Assembly: GCF_001194135.2 (NCBI RefSeq)
Contig: NC_068983.1
Coordinates: forward strand, 26,580,717 to 26,644,716
Reading direction: 5' to 3'
DNA: 64,000 bases
DNA from: Octopus bimaculoides
Taxonomy: Eukaryota
Position 1 is the first letter of the stretch. Every line of letters starts with the position of its first letter. Below the pieces are notes generated by a model. It saw only the letters and a program-made list of their open reading frames with translations, did no database searches and had not been told where the DNA came from. The translations under genes and the position numbers were made by a program. Of the stretch, positions 1-11,477 are shown piece after piece.

Positions 1-360
1 GTGTCTCATAAGGGTTTTCCTGTCTCTAGGAATTCTATTGGCATGTTTGCTGGTCTTTCTATATGGCACGTATTTGGTGCATATGTCTTGTATGGTTGAC
101 ATAAAATGACTTAGTTTGAGGTCATTGTCTTGTATAGAAAGGCTGTCATGCCAGTTTTGATTTCGAATCTCTCTGCGAATTGACTTCCAGTCCGCCCTGT
201 GGAAATTCAGGTTGGATATTGCTTGAGTCCTCCTGGTGGGGTGGGTGTCAGTGGGTTGCCTAGGACCATACATAGTTAATTCTATAATGTTATGATCTGA
301 GAGAGACGTGGGCGTTATTTTCACATTATGGATTAGGCTCACATTGTTTGTGAAGCAGAG
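1..360 (-). mobile_element. CR1/L2-type LINE ORF2 fragment (end of APE endonuclease plus linker), 5'-truncated, continuing off the window start
   Basis: Manual translation gives 120 uninterrupted codons: LCFTNNVSLIHNVKITPTSLSDHNIIEL...NLNFHRADWKSIRREIRNQNW...IQDICTKYVPYRKT...IPRDRKTLMRH. The (D)LCFTN, SDHN and NFxRADW motifs are typical of APE-type LINE ORF2. Missing from the ORF track because it runs off the edge. Confidence 0.85.
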
Positions 361-1377
361 ATATGTATGTATGTATGCATAAAAACGTATACAGAAGCCT
401 ATGTAGATGTATATACAAGCTGATGCAATCATAAATGTCTACTTGCTTATATAGTTGCAAATGTAAAGCCATTTTAAATACATTTGAAAATCTTAAACTT
501 TAATTTATGTTTTATATTCGATAAAATACATTTAATATTATGATGCTGCCCGTTTATCAGCTTCAAAAAAATCCGTTACCGTAGTAATAAGAAATAAATA
601 CTGATAGATACGTACATACATACACACATAGAAAAACATGTACATGCAGCCCACACCATCCTAATTACACACACTTACACACACATATGCATGTTATTTT
701 ATATGCACAAGTAATGACTGCTGTTTATTCAAAAGTGCTCTACGGACAAGAGGCGGAGCACGATAAGTAATGTGATTGTCAATCAGAATCGAATCAGGGT
801 TCGTATGTAGACTTACTGAAAATATATAATTTCATAATCGGTTCCTCCAATATACTTGTAAACATAATGATATCATACACATGTCTGACGATATGCAAAT
901 TAAAATTCACCGTGTCTCTATGTTTTGTTGTCTATGTAATTGTATGTAATTGTTTTTTTTTTTGTTTGGTTTTTTTCACAATTTCACTATCACTGAGTCA
1001 TGCTGTATCTGTGTACATTTCTTGGAGCTTCGAATATGATTTTCACTGGCATTTGTATTTGTATAAAGCATTTGTTAGTTTTCAGATAATATGTGAGCTT
1101 TAGAAACACATTTTACGATCACATTTACAGGTGATCAATCTGATAGAGTATTTCCGTTTTACGTCAATAATAGAATATTAATTGGAGGATTTTATCTAAC
1201 TTTTAGGCAATTCAATATTGACCTTGGCGTCTGAAAATATTCTATTATCAAATGTTTCTTTGTTATTGTCGCATGTACTAGCTGGGAAATCGTATCAATA
1301 TATCCATATTTATATTTATACTAAACATAGGGCTGTACAGATAGTATACCTCATCCGCTTGATAATTTATTATGATT

Positions 1378-1596
1378 TAAGGCGATGAGCTAACAGATTC
1401 TTTAGCACACAAGGAAAAACTACTTAGCAGCATTTCAACCGTCTATATGTTCTGAGTTGAAATTCAACCGAAGGCAACTCTGCCTTTATCTTTTGGGGGT
1501 CAAAAAAACAATGCATTAGTTGAGAAATGTAATCGATGTAACAAAATCACCACCTACCCCGAAATAGCTGGCCGTGTGCCAAAATTTGAACCCATT
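1378..1596 (+). mobile_element. tRNA-derived SINE, family A, degenerate copy
   Basis: Diverged match to the copies at 57294-57391 and 59957-60075 (aaggcg..gagct..cag, ttctgagttgaaattc, gcctttatc, gtgccaaaatttgaa tail). Confidence 0.65.
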
Positions 1597-1611
1597 CGTT
1601 TAGTGTAACTC

Positions 1612-1775
1612 CGATATTTCGTCTGCATTGTTCACTTTCTCAGTTGAAATTCCCCCGAGGTGGCTTATTGCCTTTCATCTTTTCGGGATCGATAAAATAA
1701 TTAACAATTGATCACTGGTTTCGATGTAATCGACTTACCCCTCCGTTGTGCCAAAATATGAGACCAATATTAAAC
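1612..1775 (+). mobile_element. SINE family A, 5'-truncated copy
   Basis: tatttcgtctg...cagttgaaattcccccgagg...gcctttcatcttttcgggatcgataaaataa...tcgatgtaatcgactta matches 59751-59948. Confidence 0.65.
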
Positions 1776-4440
1776 TACACTTTAAAAGTTTCTCTGAACT
1801 CCGAAAGAAGCTATAGCTTTGTAGTTAGATTACTGCATCCAGGAGATACAGTGTTATCAAATTTACTATTATATACGTTCAAGTTATATTTAATACTCTC
1901 AAGTATTTTCCTGCTTGCAATTGGTTTCGTTCTGTATTTTTGTAATGCAGACAAAATAAGCACGTTTTGGATTTTCTGCTAATAGCTCAATATTCCTAAC
2001 TCGGTGTCTGGTGAGTTCATCTTCTCTTGGCTCGTATAGTACGGTAGATTCTAGAGATACTTTATATTATTATGCATAAACTTTGGTAACAATGAATTTA
2101 GAAAGCATCATTACTTGTAACGGTCTTATCTATTTTGTTTCTCTCTTTGCACCCCTGTTTTGTGTATTCGCAAGACAGTTAATGTAAAACTGCTCATTAA
2201 TAATCTAACGTCATCAATAAACCATGATCACGAAGTATACTAATAACGCAAACAGCGAAATTGTGACATCGTTGCATATAACACAGCAACAGAGAAAAGT
2301 GGCTGAGGTTTATAGCAACTCCAGCTACGGCTGCACCGAATGCTATGTTTCCGAATTTGTTTGAGTTGCTATTTTTCAATGCTACTCTATGACTGCAACC
2401 ACAAATATGTCCAATTGTAGGTATGATGTTGTCTGAATTCTGTCGGAATTATTGAGCCCAACCAACTGAACGTTCGCTTTCTAACAGCTGGATTGACACT
2501 CTAGTAATTGTGTTGTCAGTTAGTTAAAGCCTTGCTAAATATTTTTCACAACATGTTTTAGCAAACACCCAGTTCATCAATATCGACGTTTGGAGTGTCT
2601 TCCTAATTTCAAATAGCCCTACAATAGCTATAACTTCATATTCCACCTAATGTAGTGCTAACGATCGTATTTGCATTTAAACTCACAAGTACTACTAGTG
2701 ATGTACCTGGAGATGTTTCTGTCGCTAGGTTAAGAATTGGAGAGTTCGATAATCAGTGTTCGTTTCCCAAATTGCTCTATGGCAGAAGTTTTTTTTTTCT
2801 GATTTCAGCATTAAATTCACAGGAAAAAGAGCATTGATTATATCAGGGAGATAATATATAATTCTTAAACATGTAAAAGCTACAAGAATGTGTGCCATAA
2901 ACATACTAAATAAATCTCAATAGATGCGATGCATTTCCAAACGTGGAAAATTTAGTTTAATTAGGAGAGCAATAAATAGAGTACGAATGAACGATAGACA
3001 AAATACGGGAAATACTGTATTGGCAAGGAATTTACCCCCATACGTTACACACACACACACACACACACAAATATANNNNNNNNNNNNNNNNNNNNNNNNN
3101 NNNNNNNNNNNNNNNNNNNNNNNNNNNNNNNNNNNNNNNNNNNNNNNNNNNNNNNNNNNNNNNNNNNNNNNNNNNNNNNNNNNNNNNNNNNNNNNNNNNN
3201 NNNNNNNNNNNNNNNNNNNNNNNNNNNNNNNNNNNNNNNNNNNNNNNNNNNNNNNNNNNNNNNNNNNNNNNNNNNNNNNNNNNNNNNNNNNNNNNNNNNN
3301 NNNNNNNNNNNNNNNNNNNNNNNNNNNNNNNNNNNNNNNNNNNNNNNNNNNNNNNNNNNNNNNNNNNNNNNNNNNNNNNNNNNNNNNNNNNNNNNNNNNN
3401 NNNNNNNNNNNNNNNNNNNNNNNNNNNNNNNNNNNNNNNNNNNNNNNNNNNNNNNNNNNNNNNNNNNNNNNNNNNNNNNNNNNNNNNNNNNNNNNNNNNN
3501 NNNNNNNNNNNNNNNNNNNNNNNNNNNNNNNNNNNNNNNNNNNNNNNNNNNNNNNNNNNNNNNNNNNNNNNNNNNNNNNNNNNNNNNNNNNNATATATAT
3601 ATATATATATACATATATATATGTATATATATTAGAATTCAATCTGGCAGGCAAAGAGGAAAGACTATGTCAAAGTAAGGATATGAAACTTTTGGAATCT
3701 CGCTATTAGCAAATTTCTAGACATGTATTAGAATTGCATCGGTGAGGAGGTCATCGAATGGCAACGAACAGGAAATATGGTGCTTCCACATCTCGTTGAA
3801 TGATTAACAGAATAGACGACGTTTGAAATGTTCCAGTTTCAGCACTTGATCTTGGATCGAATCATTTGCGACAGAAGTACACTATCGAAATTTACATATG
3901 TAAGGGGGTGTTTGTAAATGCTTGTTGAAAATCCGAGATTATCCGTAAAGTGTAAATCATTCATTCTTAAAATATATGTAAATAAAATAAGTTATAATCC
4001 GAAGCGATTACCTGCCGATGTCCTCGTTCAAAGAACTTTGAACATAATGCAACAGTACTGCTGTAGTGCATTGATTTCAACCAATCAACACGCTCGCACT
4101 GACACACTGTATATATGCATACATACATNNNNNNNNNNNNNNNNNGATATGCATACATATACTTATATACATATATAAATATATAAATATGTGCACAAGC
4201 ATACACACACACACATATTCACTCACCAACACTCACACACGCATATTTGCATATGTATTTATCTAGGGAGGGACAGGGGTGCGGATATCGGTCAATTACC
4301 TATTAAATGCAGACAGATATAACAGAACATAAAAACATAATACATGCACCGGTTTGGAAGATAAAAATCTGTAAGAGCAATTCATGGTTTAGGTTATTAT
4401 ATAATAACATGAAAAACAATCATGATAGTGTTGATCATAC

Positions 4441-4441
4441 A

Positions 4442-4497
<56 letters not shown>

Positions 4498-4505
4498 CAC
4501 TACTA

Positions 4506-4568
<63 letters not shown>

Positions 4569-4580
4569 ATACTACTACTA
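4441..4580 (+). repeat. (ACT)n microsatellite
   Basis: Directly visible. It explains the poly-Thr ORF at 4307-4663. Confidence 0.95.
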
Positions 4581-4933
4581 TCAATACCATCAGGATGACG
4601 ACTACCACCACAGTACCATCGACTCCAGTACTACTACTAATGCTACTAATATACGGGTGGTAGTATTAATAATACTGAGAAAGATGAAGGAGATAATAAA
4701 AGATAGCAATGGTAGTAATGATGCTAATAATATTGTTGAAGATAATGATTATAACAGTGATAACAATAATAATACTAATAACAATAATAACCTCAGACGC
4801 TAATCGATCAAAGCAAAACTCATCGGATAATCAATAAATTTCTGTATGGCGTTTTTATTGCATTAGAATTTTAACCTGGTGCCAAAGTTTGATGCCATCA
4901 ATCGATAAACCAAAGAAGAATTCTCATGGATAA

Positions 4934-5150
4934 TTACGAAGTGTCACAATCAGATATAGATTCCAATACTTCTCCTGCAGTTGTTGGCAGGATACCAGCG
5001 GCAGGAAGAGCTATCATAATTGATATTACAATTAATATTACTGTTGTGGTGACACCTTGAAGTCCACCAGATTCTCGCCTTTTTAAATAGGGTTCATTCT
5101 CTCTTGTAAGACTACCAAACTGATACGAATCATAAACCCATTTAAGGGCT
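4934..5150 (-). CDS. Candidate terminal coding exon of an unidentified host gene, with a C-terminal hydrophobic segment
   Basis: Encodes 71 aa: ALKWVYDSYQFGSLTRENEPYLKRRESGGLQGVTTTVILIVISIMIALPAAGILPTTAGEVLESISDCDTS*. Codons show a G-rich first position and an A/T-rich third position. Possible AG acceptors at 5151-5152 or 5163-5164. AATAAA lies about 75 nt past the stop (4854-4859). No family recognised and no partner exon identified. Confidence 0.4.
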
Positions 5151-5299
5151 CTTTGGAATGTACTAATATATGTATATATGCATGCACGTATATAAATGTG
5201 TATGAGTGCGTTTGTGTGTGTGTGTGTGTGTGTCTGTCTGTGTGTGTGTGTGTGTGTGTCTGCGTGTGTGTGTGTGTGTGTTTGTGTGTGTGTCTGTCT

Positions 5300-6300
5300 G
5301 TGTGTTGTGGGAATGTTCCTCATTCTTTCGAAAACTTAGTTGCCGATTTTGACGTATTGGGTATCAAAAGATTAAGTATTTTTTCGTCTACCAAATAAAC
5401 TTTATTTTCATTTACATATTTGCATTAAAAAACATTAACATAGTAATCTTTATATAAGTCAACAAGATTTTATACCACGACGACAATGATAGCGTCACAT
5501 TTTCAATATGAGTGTGCATGTGTCTTTGATATGTATGTGTTTGCGCGTTTGTTAGGTACGTTAGGCTGATGACTGTCAAGTATATGTGTTTCAGTGTAAG
5601 TGATGGTGTATGTGTGTGTGAGTATTCATATATTTTTTGTGACGACTGACAGACACACACACACACACACCTACACATGCATATGCATATGTGTATTACT
5701 GTGTTCCTTAGGCATTTGAAAATTTAGTTGCCGGTTTTGAAATATGAGGTATCAAAAGATTCAGTAATCTTTCGGCCACCAAATAAACTTTATTTATATT
5801 TATTTATTTGCATTTCTATAAGTGAACTATCATGAGCGACATATTATACTACCAGCACAACGAGGAAGATCATATTTTCCTTATGAGTGTGTAAGTGTCT
5901 GTAAGTGTGTGTGTGTGTGTTTGCACGTTCGTTACGTACGTTAGACCGATTAGTTAGAATTATATGAGTGCAAGTGTATGTGAGAGTGTATGTGTGTGTG
6001 AGTATATTTACATTTTTGTGACGAGTGATACATACACACACATACACACAACTAAAGACAGACAGACAGACACACACACGCATACTGGGACAGACACAGG
6101 CCTGCGTTGTGCATGAATATATATCTGTGTGTATATATGTTTGTGAGTGTATATTTTGCGAGTGTATATGTTATAATCTTTATACGTTAGGCCTCATACA
6201 ATTAAACATACACACATCTACACAAACATATACATATGTATATGAGTGTGTATGTCTTTGTGAGTGTGTGTTTCCATGTTCGTTACGTGTGTATAGTAAA
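5300..6300 (+). repeat. Degenerate tandem duplication (~390-bp unit, two copies plus a partial third), probably Helitron 5' non-coding region
   Basis: 5300-5680 and 5700-6060 share ordered motifs (ttagttgccg.ttttga, gtatcaaaagatt.agta, ccaaataaactttatt, gtacgttag, tttttgtgacga). A similar sequence occurs inverted at about 14950-15230, next to the second Helitron fragment. Confidence 0.65.
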
Positions 6301-6354
6301 TTGTAGTAAATGACATTTTACGCCGTTTTACTGAGACCGAATCTATTTTAAGGA

Positions 6355-7990
6355 ACTATTTTTATGGTAGGTGATTCCCATGAAAATCGTGATACTCCCA
6401 TTCATCCTGGATATAACAACCTTTAACGTGTTTCAGAGATTCATCCCTCTTAGGATGCACTCGAGTATCCTTTTATTTTGTATAATGGACAAGATAGGCA
6501 TCATTACAATATCCCACAGATTCAACCTGCAATAGGAGTGTCAATTACCAACTAAAAAATGTCGTCAAATGACTTCTATTTTTACCAAGTGATGTTAAGA
6601 CGAGAACAATAAAATCAACTACAGTATGTATTTCAGGAATGCCATGTTGATATGTATGCTAAAGTTGAGAGTCAGCGTCTCCTCTACATTCGTAACAATC
6701 AAAAAAAGTTAAGGGCTAAAAATAATGTTCACCTCCAAGGTGTTTATCTCGAAGATGCTCTGAGGACAGATGTTGAAATTCAAAACATGGAACATCTCAT
6801 GATCCTCGCAGCATCATTCAACAGTGAGTTTCGAAATATGCCGGGACGAACACAGTATGCTATGACATATATCACCTGCAATCCTAAATGGGAGGAAATA
6901 AATCTAGCCTCTTTCCAGTGTTGTATCTTCTGGTTTTGCAGTTACCCACTTACATGGTGGAAGAACTGCTCATTCCATGTTCGATCTCCCACTAAAACTT
7001 AAAGAATATGATATGTGCAACATTTCCCAAAACTCTGAAATGGCTACAGTTCTCCAACAAACTTGCCTCTTTCGTTGGGATGGGTGCAGTATGTCAGATC
7101 GTGGAGACCTAGAGGTACTCGACCATATCCTCCAAGTCATACAAAAACAATAGCACGTTCATAGGAGGAGTAACAGTTCTTCTTGCTGGAGATTTTCGTC
7201 AAACTTTACCAGTTACCCTCAAAGGATAAAAGGCTTATGTGATAAATGTATAGTTTAAAAGATCGGACATTTGGAGACACGTGAAAAAATTCCTTTTACA
7301 AGCGACATGAGAGTACTTCTACAAGGTGATCATATGAGCTTCTTCAGATTGGTAATGGGATATTAACATTGAACTCAAAACTTCAGTTACATGAAATTAC
7401 ATGCGGTCAAACGATACTTTCTAATTTGTATCTTACGGATAAATAATTTCCTAATTTCTCTGTCGATTGCACTGATGTAAACTGTTTATGTGAAAGAGCT
7501 ATAGTCTCTACAACTAAAAAAATGGTTGATGAACTCAATCATGATGTTCTTCAACATTTAACAGATACATCAGAAAAGATCAGGTTGTTCAATACGCTGT
7601 TAAATTTCTGAACAAATATAAATCCACTGGGAAGCCACTGCAAAACTTGACACTAAATCTGGGTACTCCCATTACGTTGCTTAGGATTCTTGACCCACTT
7701 CGCTTATGTAATGGAACTCGCTTAATTCCTACTTCCATGAAGCCCCCTGTCCTACAGGTAACAATCATGACAGGGAATCATAAAGAAGAAAATGTCTTTA
7801 TTCCAAAATTTCCTCTCATACCTACAGATGTTCCATTTTAATTTAAGAGGCTTCCACTTCCAGTCAAAATAAGTTTTCCTATTTCAATTAACAAATCGCG
7901 GGGTCAATCCCTTATAGTAGTTGGACTTCATCGCTCTACTACATGCTTCTCTCACGGCCAATTCTACGTTGGTTGCTCACAATTTGGAAG
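6355..7990 (+). mobile_element. Helitron RepHel remnant, internally deleted, with stops and frameshifts
   Basis: N-terminal part: RVSEIHPS*DALEYP...DMYAKVESQRLLYIRNNQKKLRA...TCNPKWEEI. From about 6915, PIF1-type helicase: SSGFAVTHLHGGRTAHSMFDLPL, GGVTVLLAGDFRQTLPV, LLRILDPLRLCNGTRL, ISINKSRGQSL, FSHGQFYVGCS. The HUH Rep core between them is missing. Confidence 0.92.
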
Positions 7991-8027
7991 AAGTTACAAT
8001 TTATTCATTTCGACATTCTTGAGTCCA

Positions 8028-8226
8028 TTTAAATGGTGAACAGTCAGAATTGTTAGCACACCTTGCAAAACGCTTATCGTCATTTCGTCCGTCTTTACAT
8101 TCTGAGTTCAAAGTCTGCCGGGGTCGATTTTGGTTTCATTCTTTCGAATGATCACTGGGATCGATATAATCGACTAATTACTTTCTCGAAATTGTTAGCC
8201 TTGAGCCAAAATTTTAGACCAATATT
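8028..8226 (+). mobile_element. SINE family A, degenerate copy
   Basis: gtcagaattgttagcac...catttcgtccgtctttacattctgagttcaaagtctgccggggtcgatttt...tcgatataatcgact...gagccaaaatttt. Confidence 0.7.
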
Positions 8227-9765
8227 CCTGTAGCCGTTTATTTTAATAGCTGTCGTTTATGTTGCTGCTATTGTTTGTAGCCCGTCTTCTTTGTTGCATC
8301 GCTGGTTTCCGTTTTCCAACTGCCTAACACGGATCTATTGTAAGATGTTGCGATCAGCTCTCAGTCTTAACATCGAAATTGAGAGTGTCAAATATATACT
8401 CCTGCATATTTTAAAGGGTCTTTGTATCATTGATACTTTAATAGCAAGATGTCTGATTCCTCTATGGAATCTTTCGTCTCTGGTCGTCAGATTTACCTTA
8501 CATAATGTGTATAATTATTCTGCTTTCTACCCTCTGTTATGTTTGTATTTATTTTACGAAACAAGTCAGCGATATATAAACTAAAAACAGTACTGATCTC
8601 TACAAATAATAGCACTTCCTGGATTAATTGAAAGAAAGAAGCAGAGCTATATATCAAATGGCATGTCCTGTAGAAACAGAGTTGTATATAATCATGTCCT
8701 ATAGAAGCAGAGCTATATATAATGAAATTGCATATAAAACATATTAAGTTTTACCCATCAGTAAAGAATTCTGATGTATACTTTGAACAATCAATATCTT
8801 GTTCATTGCATTATGCTTTTAATAAAGTAAGCGGTTAGGGAGTATGTGTACTTGTAAGCAGTTATGGAGTATGTGTATTTGCGTGTGTTCAAGAAGAAAA
8901 TAGGCTAGTGTCAATATTTTTTGTGCCATGATAAAAGTAATATATTACAGAGCCGATATTGTTGAAAAGATAGATTGCTCTAAATGTGGTACCGCGTCAC
9001 CCTTTCACAGAGCGTCCCAGATGAATGAAAGACAAACGTAATCTCGGCGTGATGTGGAGTTAAAACTTAATGATCCGAACCAAATAACACTAGCACAAAC
9101 CATTTCATCTAACGATCTAAAGTTTCTGCCGTTCAAACGCCCAATACATCGAGCGACATAAAATCTTAAACTCAAATTATTTGAAATTTTGTTTGAAATT
9201 AATTTAAGGTTAAAGATTAAACGATACAAGTCGATGAGGAGTTTCCTTTGATCCAATGTTAAATTAAGTGTAAGAATTTCCTTTGGAAGTGAAAGAAGAA
9301 AATGAGTTGGAAATAAAAGTTAGCCTGATAACAGTTTTCCAAATGTGAAAGATCAGTTTATGAAAATCAATGATACGTACTCTGATGATACAGAAAATGC
9401 AAAACTAGACTCGTACGAAACAAACGAAGTGAGTTGGGCTCTAGATACGAAATGTAACGCTCTAGAAAATCACCGGTGATAATCATGGACGAACACAACA
9501 GAGAAGACTTTCGAAACAATATTTTTCATAAAATGATTAAGATATATTCTTGAGTTATGAGGGACTTGCCAGAGTAGATGGGATTATGTTGGGAAGAATA
9601 CGGATGTAACAGTGGAATAACGAATGAAAAAGAAATGAAGTGCGTAAACAAATGACTGAATCAAATGGATTGATGTGTCTGAATCGATTTTAAACTAGAG
9701 CGAGAAATAGGAGTGGACACGGTATGACCATGACATCATTAGATATCGAGTATGAGTGGCAGTGG

Positions 9766-9830
<65 letters not shown>

Positions 9831-9831
<1 letters not shown>

Positions 9832-10159
9832 AGACCCCCTTCGGTTATGACTGACCATGGGATTGCACCTTGAAAGTTAGCTTCCCAAGCACAAGTCCGG
9901 GCAACGTAGTTTATGAAAGACCAGCAGTCGCCCATGCATACCGGACTCCCCTCTACACACCACCAGTGTTATCCAAGAGAAAGGCAAAGGGACCGATGCA
10001 GCTTGGCACCTGTGACGTCGCAACTCATTTCTACAGCTGAGTAAACTGGAGCAACGTGAAATAAAGTGCCTTGCTCAGGAACACAAGACGCAACTCGGTC
10101 CGGGATTCGAACTCACAACCTCACGATCGTAAGCTCGACGCTCTAACCAGTGAGCCATG
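9831..10159 (-). mobile_element. tRNA-derived SINE, family D (CORE-like central segment), full length
   Basis: Minus-strand head gtgaaggctcatggctcactggttagagcg...gagttcgaatcccgg carries A and B boxes. It is followed by cctgagcaaggcactttatttcac...cagctgtagaaatgag, which resembles the CORE domain as I recall it. Flanked by (ACT/GCT)n tracts. Confidence 0.85.
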
Positions 10160-10167
10160 AGCCTTCA

Positions 10168-10306
<139 letters not shown>

Positions 10307-11086
10307 TCTTTACCATATTTTTCTTCCTCCTGTTTCCATTCTAGTGTAATACACCATTATTTGTGCTATAATACAATAATATATTTTAAAGTACCAGTTA
10401 ACTTATTACTTAACTTCACAGATAGGAATTGCAGCGTCGTAGGTTCACCCATGATTATTGCCACCTCATCACTTGATAGATCCCATATGCATACATAGTA
10501 GTCCTGCATCTCATTCACTGCATTGTTCTGTATACGATGCGTCTAATCATTTATTAAAGTTCTTTGTCTCCTACAAACCAGATCACATAAGTAGACTATA
10601 GTAAATTACGAATTAATGAACTGAACTCCGCTTACGATTTATAACTAAGTCAATAAATATAGATTCGTCAGTATTCATTTATAGAACAAATTAGCTGTCT
10701 TTAATATTTGTTCAAACATGTGAATGCAATAAACATTTCTATGATATACCACCTTATGAAAAATAATCTACACGTACTCCAAATATTTTCTTGGTAACAT
10801 TTAGCGTCCCTTTGACTCGTACTCTGTCTTATGTTGTAAGAACAATAATCTTTCACATTTTCTATTCTAATTGTTCACTACTTTCAATCTGTTTTGCAGC
10901 TTCTTTCGTTTTCTACTCAGAATTATACACTAGCAAATCTTTGTCTTTGGTTCAGCATAGAGTCTGATTAATATGGAACCTGAATAAGACTGAGGAATGC
11001 TTAATATATATATATATATATATATAAATATATATGCGTGCATGTGTGTGTATGTGTGTGTATATTTGTGTGTGTATACAAAGATA

Positions 11087-11477
11087 GTGGAGGCACAATG
11101 GCCCAGTGATAGGGCAGCAAACTTGCGGTCATAGGATCGCGGTTTCGATTCCCAGACCGGGCGATGTGAGTGTTTATTGAGCGAAAACACCTAAAGCTCC
11201 ACGAGGCTCCGCCAGGGGATGGCGGCGAACCCTGCTGTACTCTTCCACCACTTCTTTCTCTCACTCTTTCTTCCTGTTTCTGTTGTGCCTGTAATTCAAA
11301 GGGCCAGCTTTGTCACACTGTGTCATGCTGAATATCCACGAGAACTACGTTAAGGGTATACGTGTCTGTGGAGTGCTCAGCCACTTGCACGTTAATTTCA
11401 CGAGCAGGCTGTTCCGTTGATCGGATCAACTCGGACCCTCGACGTCGTAAGCGACGGAGTGCCAACAGCAACAACAA
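11087..11477 (+). mobile_element. tRNA-derived SINE, family B, full length
   Basis: Head tggcccagtgatagggcagc...ggtttcgattccc, (CAA)n tail, and a close second copy at 42966-43342. Confidence 0.9.

Noticed and set aside
2197-2800. Fragments faintly resembling cadherin or GPCR peptides on the minus strand
   Set aside because: Stops in all frames, no consistent motif order and no splice support.
2917-3709. Long ORFs in the track here and at 20.4-21.2, 23.6-25.4, 26.0-26.7, 27.4-28.0, 39.6-39.9 and 59.0-59.3 kb
   Set aside because: They are open only because N gaps translate as X, and their edges are dinucleotide repeats.
8455-8495. CTGACGA...GAAA on the minus strand
   Set aside because: The intervening 8 nt (ccagagac) cannot form stem II, and stems I and III do not pair.
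10400-10530. Exon-like open frame on the minus strand (NNAVNEMQDYYVCIWDLSSDEV...)
   Set aside because: The donor is weak, no family is recognised, and an open frame of this length is expected by chance.
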